Shown piece by piece: positions 47,541 through 55,585 of a stretch of DNA of 64,000 nt. Position 1 is the first letter of the stretch, and every line of letters begins with the position of its first letter. This DNA comes from a virus (taxonomy: Duplodnaviria; Caudoviricetes), in the IMG/VR virus record IMGVR_UViG_3300017963_000282, positions 41 to 64,040 of that record, one strand, 5' to 3'. Under the pieces are notes generated by a model, which was given only the letters and a program-made list of their open reading frames with translations, did no database searches and was not told the origin of the DNA. A program made the translations under genes and the position numbers.

Positions 47541-48596
47541 TTATACTGGAGTTTCAGTAAGATCGTAGAGCGCAAAGTTGGCATTGGGCTTACGACAAAT
47601 CAGCTGAAGATATGATTCCATGTAATGCTTGTTTGCAGGACCGTCTTTGGCGATTGGAGTCATTTGGGCTTCTTTGAGCACCTTCATCTTCCAATAGCGC
47701 ATATCCAATCCGAAAACATCCTGACCCTTATTACCAGCTGCGGTACCAACCAGGGTATCACCAGCAGTGCGGGGCACATGGATAGAATCCGCAATAGGAA
47801 TAGCACGATACTGTGAAACCACAAAACCGGCATTCACATTGATCGTATCATTAAACCGTTGCCGCGTAGCAAAAATGTTATTCAGATTATCTCTTTGAAC
47901 ATTACCAGTAATAATCAGATTAACTCGGCCACCATCATCTCGGACAGCTCGAAGACCGGCATCTAATTTTGCCTGGCTAATATTCTCAGGAGTACCCGGA
48001 GTCGCGCCATAAAACGCATTGGAAAACAACGTAGCGGTCTCAGCATCAGTTGTTCGATCCAAACCATACAGCGTATCCGTAGAAACCGGGGTGGGCGTAG
48101 CATCCTGAAGAACGTGGCGAAGACCAACTAAGTTATTCGCACTTTCACCGGCAATTATACCAGATCGAATTGCGAAAAGCTGAATCTCTTCCAAATCCCG
48201 GAAATCCATAACGGCGTCACCCAACTCTTCCATAAGGACATCAATGCCGCCTTGACCAGCCGCCGATGCAATCATATAATCCGAAACGGCAACACCAATT
48301 CGGATAATACCAGCATATTCGGCCACTCTTAAGCGCCCTTGATTTCCAAAGGAAGCATCCGGCAAAGCATCTGCCGTGGTAGGCTCAACGGTCATGGTTC
48401 GGCTTGCATTACGAGCAGTTCTCACGCGAATCCCGGTTGGATTACCAATCATGGGCTCACGATCAAACAGTTGCCGAAACACATTATCATCATTCAATTG
48501 ATTCCACACAGCCAAATCAAACAGATCGTTTAATTCAGCGCGATCTGCGCCAACAACAGGCAGAGTCGAGGTAATGTCAGCAGTTAAAAGAGCCAT
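47541..48596 (-). CDS. Major capsid protein (HK97 fold expected)
   Basis: 351 aa after the scaffold; EE.QLF, GLR.VL, LYGLDR, GGRVNLIITG, YRAIPI; strong RBS and downstream terminator. Confidence 0.85.
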   Translation of the reverse strand: MALLTADITSTLPVVGADRAELNDLFDLAVWNQLNDDNVFRQLFDREPMIGNPTGIRVRTARNASRTMTVEPTTADALPDASFGNQGRLRVAEYAGIIRIGVAVSDYMIASAAGQGGIDVLMEELGDAVMDFRDLEEIQLFAIRSGIIAGESANNLVGLRHVLQDATPTPVSTDTLYGLDRTTDAETATLFSNAFYGATPGTPENISQAKLDAGLRAVRDDGGRVNLIITGNVQRDNLNNIFATRQRFNDTINVNAGFVVSQYRAIPIADSIHVPRTAGDTLVGTAAGNKGQDVFGLDMRYWKMKVLKEAQMTPIAKDGPANKHYMESYLQLICRKPNANFALYDLTETPV

Positions 48597-48628
48597 TCTT
48601 TTAAACCCCCCTTAAAAGGACTGTAAAA

Positions 48629-49465
48629 TTATCTATTTAGGACTTTTGTTAATGCATTCTGCAATTTTGGACTATTCTTAATCAATTCAGGCAAGGTTTC
48701 CAAATTGATGGATTGAGCTTGCTCTGGAGTTAATTTCTCTAAAATCGAGCCCCCAGTTGATCCGCCCGCTGGGGCTTGTTGAGTTGCTTTTTGTGCATCA
48801 GAATCCGCAGCTGGGGGATTAGGCGCTCCCATTTGCTGAGTTTGAATCTGACCCGGCACCTGCGATTTCTTAATCACATCTTTGAAAACTTCTTTTGCTT
48901 CCTCTACTGCCAGTTGAAAAGCATCGGCATCTTTCTTATCTGCACCAATAAACTTATGATATTCTTCAGGAATGCCCGATTCTTTTAAGATTTGTACCTT
49001 TGCAACTTCAAATTCTTTTGCCTGGCGGGCTACTTCCGCATCAGCTAATTTCTGGAGCAATTCCTTATTTTGATCTGCAAGTTTACTTAATTGATCCTGA
49101 AATTTTTCCGTATCAGACAATTTAGCTAGCCTCTCTTTTTCTTGCGCTTCCTTAATTAAATTCAATTCTTGTGCGACTTTTGTGAATTCCGCTTCTTTGG
49201 TCTCAAATTGTTCTTTTAACCCAGCGATTTTACTTAACAATGAATCCCTACTTTGTTTCACTTTGGGATCATACATTGGATCATATCCCGCAGGTAATTG
49301 AAAATCCCCAGTAGGTGCGGGAGTTTGCTGTGTTTGCTGCCTCTCATTTTCTATAGCGGCAGAAGCTTGTTGGGTTATATTCTGATGAAGTTGCTTTGTT
49401 TTCTGGGAATGCGGCCCAGAGCCGGTAATAGTGGATAAATCTTGGTTATTATCTTGTTCTGGCAT
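48629..49465 (-). CDS. Capsid scaffolding protein
   Basis: Coiled coil with KLSDTEK, GIPEEY..FI; directly upstream of the capsid gene; AAAGGAG RBS. Confidence 0.8.
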   Translation of the reverse strand: MPEQDNNQDLSTITGSGPHSQKTKQLHQNITQQASAAIENERQQTQQTPAPTGDFQLPAGYDPMYDPKVKQSRDSLLSKIAGLKEQFETKEAEFTKVAQELNLIKEAQEKERLAKLSDTEKFQDQLSKLADQNKELLQKLADAEVARQAKEFEVAKVQILKESGIPEEYHKFIGADKKDADAFQLAVEEAKEVFKDVIKKSQVPGQIQTQQMGAPNPPAADSDAQKATQQAPAGGSTGGSILEKLTPEQAQSINLETLPELIKNSPKLQNALTKVLNR

Positions 49466-49522
49466 AAAATTACTCCTTTGAAATAATTACACAAATGTAC
49501 AAAAAATGCACATACAGGAGGT

Positions 49523-49558
49523 ACTATACCATATTTTTTAAAGAAAAAAGGTATGGTC
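49523..49558 (-). promoter_or_regulatory. Phage-specific promoter motif, copy 1 (heads the scaffold-capsid-tail operon)
   Basis: GACCATACC-N16-TATGG-TATAGT. Confidence 0.7.
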
Positions 49559-49608
49559 ATTCGATTTTTTTGAAAAAAAGTGAATTTTTTTGAGGGGTTG
49601 GGAACGTG

Positions 49609-49932
49609 CTAATCTAACACATAAAAGCTGATTTTATGGGGGGGAATGCGTAAGATCATGGAATCTTTGAAGATTCTCCATTTAATCGCAAAAGGCAGTT
49701 GTTTCATATGAAAATGAATATCCCAATAATATTTGGTAAAATTTTCTGCCTCTTTTAAACCTAAATATCTCCACCTTTCTTTGAACTTCCAGCTATTTCG
49801 ATAATTATAGATACCCTGTTGAACTAAAGCCTCGAAATATTTGCCAAAACACCTTTTGTACCAAAAAGATAGACAAACATAAATCAATTTATAGCCTAAC
49901 TTCTTGATTTCTTTATGAAATTTTTTCCGCAT
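49609..49932 (-). CDS. Hypothetical protein
   Basis: AAGGA RBS; aromatic/basic 107 aa. Confidence 0.5.
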   Translation of the reverse strand: MRKKFHKEIKKLGYKLIYVCLSFWYKRCFGKYFEALVQQGIYNYRNSWKFKERWRYLGLKEAENFTKYYWDIHFHMKQLPFAIKWRIFKDSMILRIPPHKISFYVLD

Positions 49933-49953
49933 ATCCTTATTTTATCATAAATA

Positions 49954-50415
49954 TTAAGGTGTGTCTACTGGATCTTCCAAATTATCAACATATTGATCTA
50001 TATATGGTTTTAATACAAAATCCATTTGTAAAATAACCATATGTTCCCAACACGTTCGACGTAAATGATTAAATCGAAATATAGCATGTACAAATTCATG
50101 ATTTAGCGTATGGATATCACCTTGTCGGACATAAATAGAATGGGTCATCGGATGATAACAACCCAAAGCCCATGGACCACAATAATCAAAAAGACCATCC
50201 TCATCCACATAATAAACTTTAGGAAAAGGCGGTTCTTTTAAAACACATCCCTTTGAAGCGTAAGCTTGCAATAAAACGTTGAGATATCGCACATTTGCCT
50301 TAAGCAACACCTCATGTTCCCGCACTGGAGCTGGTTTTTTTGAACTTAGTGAAAATCCAAAAATATTAAAAATCAACAATAATCCTACTAATAATGAAAA
50401 AGTGTTTCTAAACAA
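49954..50415 (-). CDS. Putative exported HExxH zinc metallopeptidase
   Basis: N-terminal hydrophobic signal; GCYH....IYV.....TLNHEFVH...E. Confidence 0.6.
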   Translation of the reverse strand: MFRNTFSLLVGLLLIFNIFGFSLSSKKPAPVREHEVLLKANVRYLNVLLQAYASKGCVLKEPPFPKVYYVDEDGLFDYCGPWALGCYHPMTHSIYVRQGDIHTLNHEFVHAIFRFNHLRRTCWEHMVILQMDFVLKPYIDQYVDNLEDPVDTP

Positions 50416-50428
50416 TGGTTTAGGATTC

Positions 50429-50767
50429 CTATAAGTCTGAAAATTTCCAAATTAAAGCGATTAAAGACCATTGAAAAGCTGCCAACCATACCAAGAGAAA
50501 AGTTAGTATAATCCAAGACAGCCATTGCGGCACAAACATTAAATCAAATAGGCCGGTAGTAGTACCACCAATTGCCACGAACGCTGAAATATAATGGGAT
50601 AGGCAATACGGACAACCTACCAATTTTCCCAAAAACTTAGATTTTTTTTGAATCCAACGTCTAAGTCCTTGAAATAACAGGCTTTTAGCAATAGTCCACG
50701 ATAAACAAGCCACAATTGCGGATAAAATAAAAAGAGATGATCCACAAAATTCCTCTAGCATATACAC
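50429..50767 (-). CDS. Small membrane protein with CPYC motif (DUF1360-like)
   Basis: LFQGLRRW...LGKLVGCPYCLSHY plus hydrophobic helices. Confidence 0.65.
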   Translation of the reverse strand: MYMLEEFCGSSLFILSAIVACLSWTIAKSLLFQGLRRWIQKKSKFLGKLVGCPYCLSHYISAFVAIGGTTTGLFDLMFVPQWLSWIILTFLLVWLAAFQWSLIALIWKFSDL

Positions 50768-50829
50768 CCACTACCACAATGCGTTACAGGACGTAGCATC
50801 CATTTTCTAATCCAAATACTTGAAATCAT

Positions 50830-51498
50830 TTATTTTTTACCCCCTTTGCGTTTTTTATTAGCCTGTTTTTTTACTTTTTTAACTAATGGTTTTTGTTTTG
50901 GCCAATCATTAAAACATAAAATTCCATCAACAAATCCATAGTTAACCACTTCTTCTACACCTAAATATACATCCCCACCCTTGTTTTGAATAAAAAGATT
51001 TTTCAAACCAGCTTTTTTAAGCCTCGTATGGGTTTCATAAACATCATACATCATTTCCAGCCGATTCTCGCTTTCTTTACCATATGAAATAGAATCCCTA
51101 ATATGTTCTGAACCGGATGAATGAACCGTTCCACCTTCATGGATCATAAAACACGTATTGGGAGCCAAATATCGTTCATCACAGGCCAACATAACAATAG
51201 TGGCCATCGAGGCCACGATTCCCCATCCAAAAGCTCTGGTATAACATTTTATGGATCTAAGAATGTCATACATCGCCCAACCGGCTTCATCCGACCCCCC
51301 ACAGGAATTTACATGAATGGTTATTGGTCTTTTGTTCAATGATTCCAATAACATAAGATTTTTGTGCAACCGAATTGCCGCAGCCTGGGAAATATTCCCA
51401 ATATATACTTCTCTCCTAGTGAGACTTACACCGGATTCCACATAACGCTCCAAATCATCACCAAATGTGTTTATTTGGTCCCGTGTTTTGGCATCCAT
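50830..51498 (-). CDS. clpP: ClpP-family serine protease
   Basis: VNSCGGS...G.AMYD, ASMA (Ser), FMIHE (His), GDVYL (Asp), YGFVD. Confidence 0.9.
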   Translation of the reverse strand: MDAKTRDQINTFGDDLERYVESGVSLTRREVYIGNISQAAAIRLHKNLMLLESLNKRPITIHVNSCGGSDEAGWAMYDILRSIKCYTRAFGWGIVASMATIVMLACDERYLAPNTCFMIHEGGTVHSSGSEHIRDSISYGKESENRLEMMYDVYETHTRLKKAGLKNLFIQNKGGDVYLGVEEVVNYGFVDGILCFNDWPKQKPLVKKVKKQANKKRKGGKK

Positions 51499-51515
51499 TT
51501 GCTGGCCCTACCTGA

Positions 51516-51815
51516 TTAGAATTGAATTACAATACCGAAAGTTGGAGAGTGGGAATTGGCATCAATTTTAAAATAATATCCCCAGTTGCAGTTTTGCCTG
51601 TATGGCGCAAGCTGTTTTTTATAAATTGGCGAGCTATTGATATATTCTTGTGAAAACTCAGATTGCATTAGTTGCCCGGCCACAAAATGATCCGATATAT
51701 GAGTTTGCAGGATTTTTGGGATATTTCGAATCTGCCAAGAATACGAAGAAACACAAACCATAAAAACTGAGAAAATCCAAGGAGTTAGCTTTCTCAATAA
51801 TTGTTGAAATGTCAT
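51516..51815 (-). CDS. Hypothetical membrane/exported protein
   Basis: Start placed at ATG 51815 after GGAGGG; N-terminal hydrophobic stretch. Confidence 0.55.
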   Translation of the reverse strand: MTFQQLLRKLTPWIFSVFMVCVSSYSWQIRNIPKILQTHISDHFVAGQLMQSEFSQEYINSSPIYKKQLAPYRQNCNWGYYFKIDANSHSPTFGIVIQF

Positions 51816-51835
51816 ACCGCCCTCCAAGTTTTATT

Positions 51836-51871
51836 AGTCTACCACAAAATTATAACATAGGCGGTATGGTC
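51836..51871 (-). promoter_or_regulatory. Phage-specific promoter motif, copy 2
   Basis: GACCATACC-N16-TGTGG-TAGACT. Confidence 0.7.
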
Positions 51872-51878
51872 TCGTCAA

Positions 51879-52232
51879 TTATATTTTAAGTATTTGTAAT
51901 TCCTTTGCTTTATTTTTGTTTTCCAGGTAGGACAAAATATGTGGTCTAGCCTCATGTAGCACTGCCTTCTTAAATTTGGCAAATGAAAATTCATTTTGTC
52001 CAATAATTCCAAGGATTTCGGTGGGAAAGTATTCTTCAATAATTGCGTTATAGAGATCATCCACTACCTCAGAAATTTGTTCCGGAATCTGAATTAACAT
52101 ACCGGAATCATTCAATTTTTCTATCCGACTAAAGATATAGTCTTGGGTCACATATCTCAATGCAATTTTTTCTTCAATTGTTTTTTTACGTTCCATAATG
52201 GCAAAAATTAACCTCCATAGCTGTGAGCACAT
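51879..52232 (-). CDS. Hypothetical protein (start 52232 or 52196)
   Basis: The longer track start (52367) would run across promoter motif copy 3, so it is trimmed. Confidence 0.55.
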   Translation of the reverse strand: MCSQLWRLIFAIMERKKTIEEKIALRYVTQDYIFSRIEKLNDSGMLIQIPEQISEVVDDLYNAIIEEYFPTEILGIIGQNEFSFAKFKKAVLHEARPHILSYLENKNKAKELQILKI

Positions 52233-52262
52233 CTTAGCCACTAGGGCTCTTTTTTGCCAATT

Positions 52263-52298
52263 AGTATAGCACACTTTTTCTAGTTGGGCGGTATGGTC
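52263..52298 (-). promoter_or_regulatory. Phage-specific promoter motif, copy 3
   Basis: GACCATACC-N16-TGTGC-TATACT. Confidence 0.7.
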
Positions 52299-52559
52299 TA
52301 ATATAACTACATGAAATCTATACAAAAAAACATCTTGTTCACCAATAGGGCACAATTTCACGACCATGAAATAATGGCCATTTCGTGAACAATTTTAATT
52401 ATCTGCGATGTTTAAAAAATTGAATTTGACGCTCTGCGGCATTAAATCTTTTTTTAGAAGGTTTTTTTGTACCAAACCACCTTAAAACCCGTCCGGTAGT
52501 TTTAGAGATCAGGGCGTATTCTAATTTACCCGTTTTGGGATTTTTTCTGTGAGCTAGCA

Positions 52560-52787
52560 TTATTTTCGTTTTGGAGGAAGTAAACTCTTCTTCCGTACCT
52601 TCCGGCGTAAGGAACCGGTGCTTTTAGCCAAATTCTCAAAAAATTGTACCCGACGTTCCGCGCTGAGAACTCTTTCATGAGATGGCTTTTTGGACCCAAA
52701 CCACTTAAGAACTTTACTGGGCTTGCTATCTGCTACCAGCGCCCATTGCATCGTTCCTGTTTTTGGATTCTTTCTCCTGACCAACAT
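52560..52787 (-). CDS. Small basic hypothetical protein
   Basis: AGGAG RBS; WALV....KVL.WFG...ERRVQFF. Confidence 0.65.
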   Translation of the reverse strand: MLVRRKNPKTGTMQWALVADSKPSKVLKWFGSKKPSHERVLSAERRVQFFENLAKSTGSLRRKVRKKSLLPPKRK

Positions 52788-52925
52788 GCTACTATTCTCC
52801 TACTACAAAAAATTGACCATTTACTACATATTCGCAAAAAAAGCGTAACCACAACCAATTTAAGTTTATAATTAAAACATAATATACTTATTTAATTTGA
52901 TTATATTATCTTTCTTATTATATAT

Positions 52926-53167
52926 AGATCATTATTGATCTAACAACAGAGAACCCGGACTAGGCAGCTAGGAAAAGAAAGAAAAACGTAATAATTACGC
53001 ATATTTACAAAGTCCAGACGCACCAATACGAAAAGTGTATTTTTGAATAAAAATCACCCTTCGTATTTATGACTCCAATTTTTTTAAATCCCTGAAGCCG
53101 GGATTAACTAACCTGCCGAAATTATTCGGCTTTCCAAAAAATCTTGTTGTTAGATCAATGATGATCT
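52926..53167. repeat. 23-bp inverted repeat pair (52926-52948 and 53145-53167)
   Basis: AGATCATTATTGATCTAACAACA versus reverse complement AGATCATCATTGATCTAACAACA (22/23); each contains the palindrome AGATCA-N4-TGATCT. Confidence 0.9.
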
Positions 53168-53266
53168 TTTCTATTGAGCACTACGCCTTCTTGCCTTTTT
53201 TTACCTCGCAGTATCAAGGTCCCAGCTCATGCAAAGATAACGAGGTGTGCAAAACGCACAGAGATT

Positions 53267-53302
53267 ACTATACCATACTTTTTCAAGAAAACAGGGCAGG
53301 TC
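53267..53302 (-). promoter_or_regulatory. Phage-specific promoter motif, copy 4 (fires into non-coding DNA)
   Basis: GACCTGCCC-N16-TATGG-TATAGT. Confidence 0.62.
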
Positions 53303-53885
53303 ATTGTTTTTTTCTTAATGCCCGCCTTAAATTTTCTAATCTTCTGTGTAACTTTCGGATTTCCCACCGTAATTGATAATTTTCAGCCATTAGACCTGCG
53401 GACAATTCATCTAAACATCGGCCATTGGGTAAAATATATTTCCCAGCTGGTTGATTTTTTGCCGCTTGGGTATTCCAGGTCATGTAATGGGTGTATTCGT
53501 GTGTTAAGGTATCCCACCGGCCTTTCAGATAATATACGGTATTGGTTTTATAATCAAAAAATCCGTTAATTTTCCGTATTTTAGCCTTTGGATATAATTT
53601 ATGATGCATTGCGGCTAATTCTTCTTTAGTACAAGAAACCGTGGCGGGGCGCGGCAATGTTAAATCATACTGACATAATTCTCCGGTATGTCCGCTCAAA
53701 TGTTGCTTTAGAGTAAATTTCACATATTCATATGAATCCTTTTCCCAAGCTTCCCTATTTTTTTCTACTACAAAAATAAACGGGGCTTTAAACCATTTAA
53801 CGGGAGTAAACCATTTTGCATGGGCATATCCTGCCATCCAGCCTAATAACACCAAAGCTAATACACAAATTATAAGCGTTTTCAT
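53301..53885 (-). CDS. Putative exported HExxH zinc metallopeptidase
   Basis: Signal peptide ending AHA; GFFD...NTVYY....DTLTHEYTH...DE; C-terminal coiled coil; AAGGAG RBS. Confidence 0.62.
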   Translation of the reverse strand: MKTLIICVLALVLLGWMAGYAHAKWFTPVKWFKAPFIFVVEKNREAWEKDSYEYVKFTLKQHLSGHTGELCQYDLTLPRPATVSCTKEELAAMHHKLYPKAKIRKINGFFDYKTNTVYYLKGRWDTLTHEYTHYMTWNTQAAKNQPAGKYILPNGRCLDELSAGLMAENYQLRWEIRKLHRRLENLRRALRKKQ

Positions 53886-53905
53886 TTAAAGACTCCTTTT
53901 TTTGC

Positions 53906-53954
53906 TTGCTTTCCTAAATTTTACTTGCTAGAATAGGGCAAAGTCAAGTAAAAT
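53906..53954. promoter_or_regulatory. Overlapping divergent sigma70-type promoters at the strand switch
   Basis: Plus: TTGCTT-17-TAGAAT (53906-53934, TG-extended). Minus: TTGACT-18-TAAAAT (53947-53918). 10-bp inverted repeat ATTTTACTTG/CAAGTAAAAT. Confidence 0.6.
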
Positions 53955-53983
53955 AGTAGATAATTTTTATGGAGGATTGTTTA

Positions 53984-54358
53984 ATGAAAAAATTGTTGGT
54001 AGCTATGTTTTTGATTTCATTAGCTTTTTTTGTATCATGCGATGATGAATTCTACCCATGGGGCTTTCCATTTGGCACTACGATGGGTATTGATTGTCCC
54101 ATTCCAGTGCCCACTCCGGCTCCGGACGGTCAAGATGTAATGCCAGCTGACGATCAAGATCAAGATGGGGATGGGGAAGATGACGGAGTTCCGGCAGGGG
54201 AAGATGGTTGTTTGGAAACTCAATTTGCTATTTGTCATATTCCGCGTGGGAATCCGGATAATTATTTCACTATTTGTGTAGGCAGTGAAGCGGCAGTCGA
54301 AGCGCATTTGGCTCATGGTGATATTGAAGGATATTGTGAAGATATCGAGTTTGAATAA
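53984..54358 (+). CDS. Lipoprotein with acidic linker and Cys/His-rich C-terminal domain
   Basis: GGAGG then MKKLLVAMFLISLAFFVS-C lipobox-like; ICHIPRGNP...TICV...AHLAHGD..G.C. Confidence 0.7.
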   Translation: MKKLLVAMFLISLAFFVSCDDEFYPWGFPFGTTMGIDCPIPVPTPAPDGQDVMPADDQDQDGDGEDDGVPAGEDGCLETQFAICHIPRGNPDNYFTICVGSEAAVEAHLAHGDIEGYCEDIEFE

Positions 54359-54381
54359 CCTTTGAATAAAGGAGAAATATC

Positions 54382-54705
54382 ATGGATCTTTATCCTTTTA
54401 TTAGTGTTCCGGGATGGGCGTTAATCACTCTTTTGGTTTTGGCCCTTCTCTTAGATTTTTTAGCTTATCGGCGAATAAGCAAACGATTAAAGCATCTGGA
54501 AAACGAAGCATTTGTCGCAGCTGATGTAGAAAATGAAGAAGTGGATGAATCCGGAGAATCAGGAGCCACGGACTTGATTTTGGAAGAACTTGCTTCTGAT
54601 ATTGATGATTTGGAAGCTGTAACCTCCGATTTGCTTAAAAGAATGGTTCGGATTGAAAAAACCTATGTGCGCCGCAAAACCGGCCCCAAGAAGAAATCAA
54701 AATGA
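54382..54705 (+). CDS. Membrane-anchored coiled-coil protein
   Basis: AAGGAG RBS; one N-terminal TM helix. Confidence 0.65.
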   Translation: MDLYPFISVPGWALITLLVLALLLDFLAYRRISKRLKHLENEAFVAADVENEEVDESGESGATDLILEELASDIDDLEAVTSDLLKRMVRIEKTYVRRKTGPKKKSK

Positions 54706-54869
54706 TGTTGGCCGGCATTTCATTTGGAATCTTAATTTTAAGTTTGATTTTCAATATCTACATATTGCATCAGCGCATGGATAATTTGGAAAAACAATTA
54801 AAAATTGTATTACAAATAGTCCAACACGTTCAAGAATCGGTAAAAGAGGAGATTATAAAAGATGTATAA
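54702..54869 (+). CDS. Small membrane-anchored protein (55 aa, below the track cutoff)
   Basis: Hand translation MMLAGISFGILILSLIFNIYILHQRMDNLEKQLK...; ATGA overlap with the upstream stop. Confidence 0.55.
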   Translation: MMLAGISFGILILSLIFNIYILHQRMDNLEKQLKIVLQIVQHVQESVKEEIIKDV

Positions 54870-55101
54870 TAAATCGCACGCCGCAGTATTGCGCATCTGC
54901 CAAGAAGAGGCAGAAAAAAGAGGATATAATGGAACTGATGTTACCAGCTATACCTTTAATTTTGCTGATTTGGATGACCAACGAGTGATGGTTAAATTAC
55001 ATGGCGGGCATTCTTTTTCATTTCCAATTGACCGGCTCCGGCAGGATACTCAATTCATGGCTGCGGCGGAAGAATCTGTCAATTTAAAAGATGAAAACTA
55101 A
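54862..55101 (+). CDS. Hypothetical protein
   Basis: GAGGAG RBS; overlaps neighbours. Confidence 0.6.
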   Translation: MYNKSHAAVLRICQEEAEKRGYNGTDVTSYTFNFADLDDQRVMVKLHGGHSFSFPIDRLRQDTQFMAAAEESVNLKDEN

Positions 55102-55585
55102 AATTAAAAATTGGTTGTCTCCTCTACTCAATCGGGAGGAGAAAGATAATTTAAAAATCCTGGCCACTATAGGATTATGGTCTCTTCCTCTGGTGCCTGT
55201 AGTAATTGCGGTTATTTTTCCGCATTGGATTTTTTGGTGCATATTAGTGAATGTTTGGATGATTTGGTCTGCCTTATTTTTTCAATTTACAAAATTGATT
55301 TCTTTGAAAAAAATAAACATGGTAAACAATAGAAATCTGGAATTGATGTCAAAAGCTGATAATTCTATTTTTACAAGCTTGGAGTCAAAATTAAGCACGT
55401 TAGATTCAAAACTGGGGGCTTTAACAAATCAAGTCTCCAGCTTGAAAATTGAACTAGAGTATGTGGCGTCCGCGACCGAATCGAATAATTCCGATATTTC
55501 TCAATTACCAAATCAAATTCGTTTACTAACAGATCAAATAAACAACACGTTAACAGACATAATGAGGTTAATGGATGAAAAGTAA
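55091..55585 (+). CDS. Two-TM coiled-coil membrane protein
   Basis: Two hydrophobic helices followed by heptad repeats. Confidence 0.65.
   Translation: MKTKIKNWLSPLLNREEKDNLKILATIGLWSLPLVPVVIAVIFPHWIFWCILVNVWMIWSALFFQFTKLISLKKINMVNNRNLELMSKADNSIFTSLESKLSTLDSKLGALTNQVSSLKIELEYVASATESNNSDISQLPNQIRLLTDQINNTLTDIMRLMDEK

Noticed and set aside
51811-51868. CATACCGCC/GGCGGTATG inverted repeat as a transposon end or recombination site
   Set aside because: Only 9 bp; one arm is the RBS-start region and the other is the promoter box; no transposase or recombinase nearby.
53163-53175. GATCTTTTCTATT resembling an E. coli oriC 13-mer
   Set aside because: Single copy, no DnaA-box cluster noticed, and it is explained by the end of the inverted repeat.
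53158-53569. Plus-strand ORFs 53158..53376 and 53174..53569
   Set aside because: They overlap the HExxH gene and promoter copy 4 in antisense and show no RBS or recognisable features.
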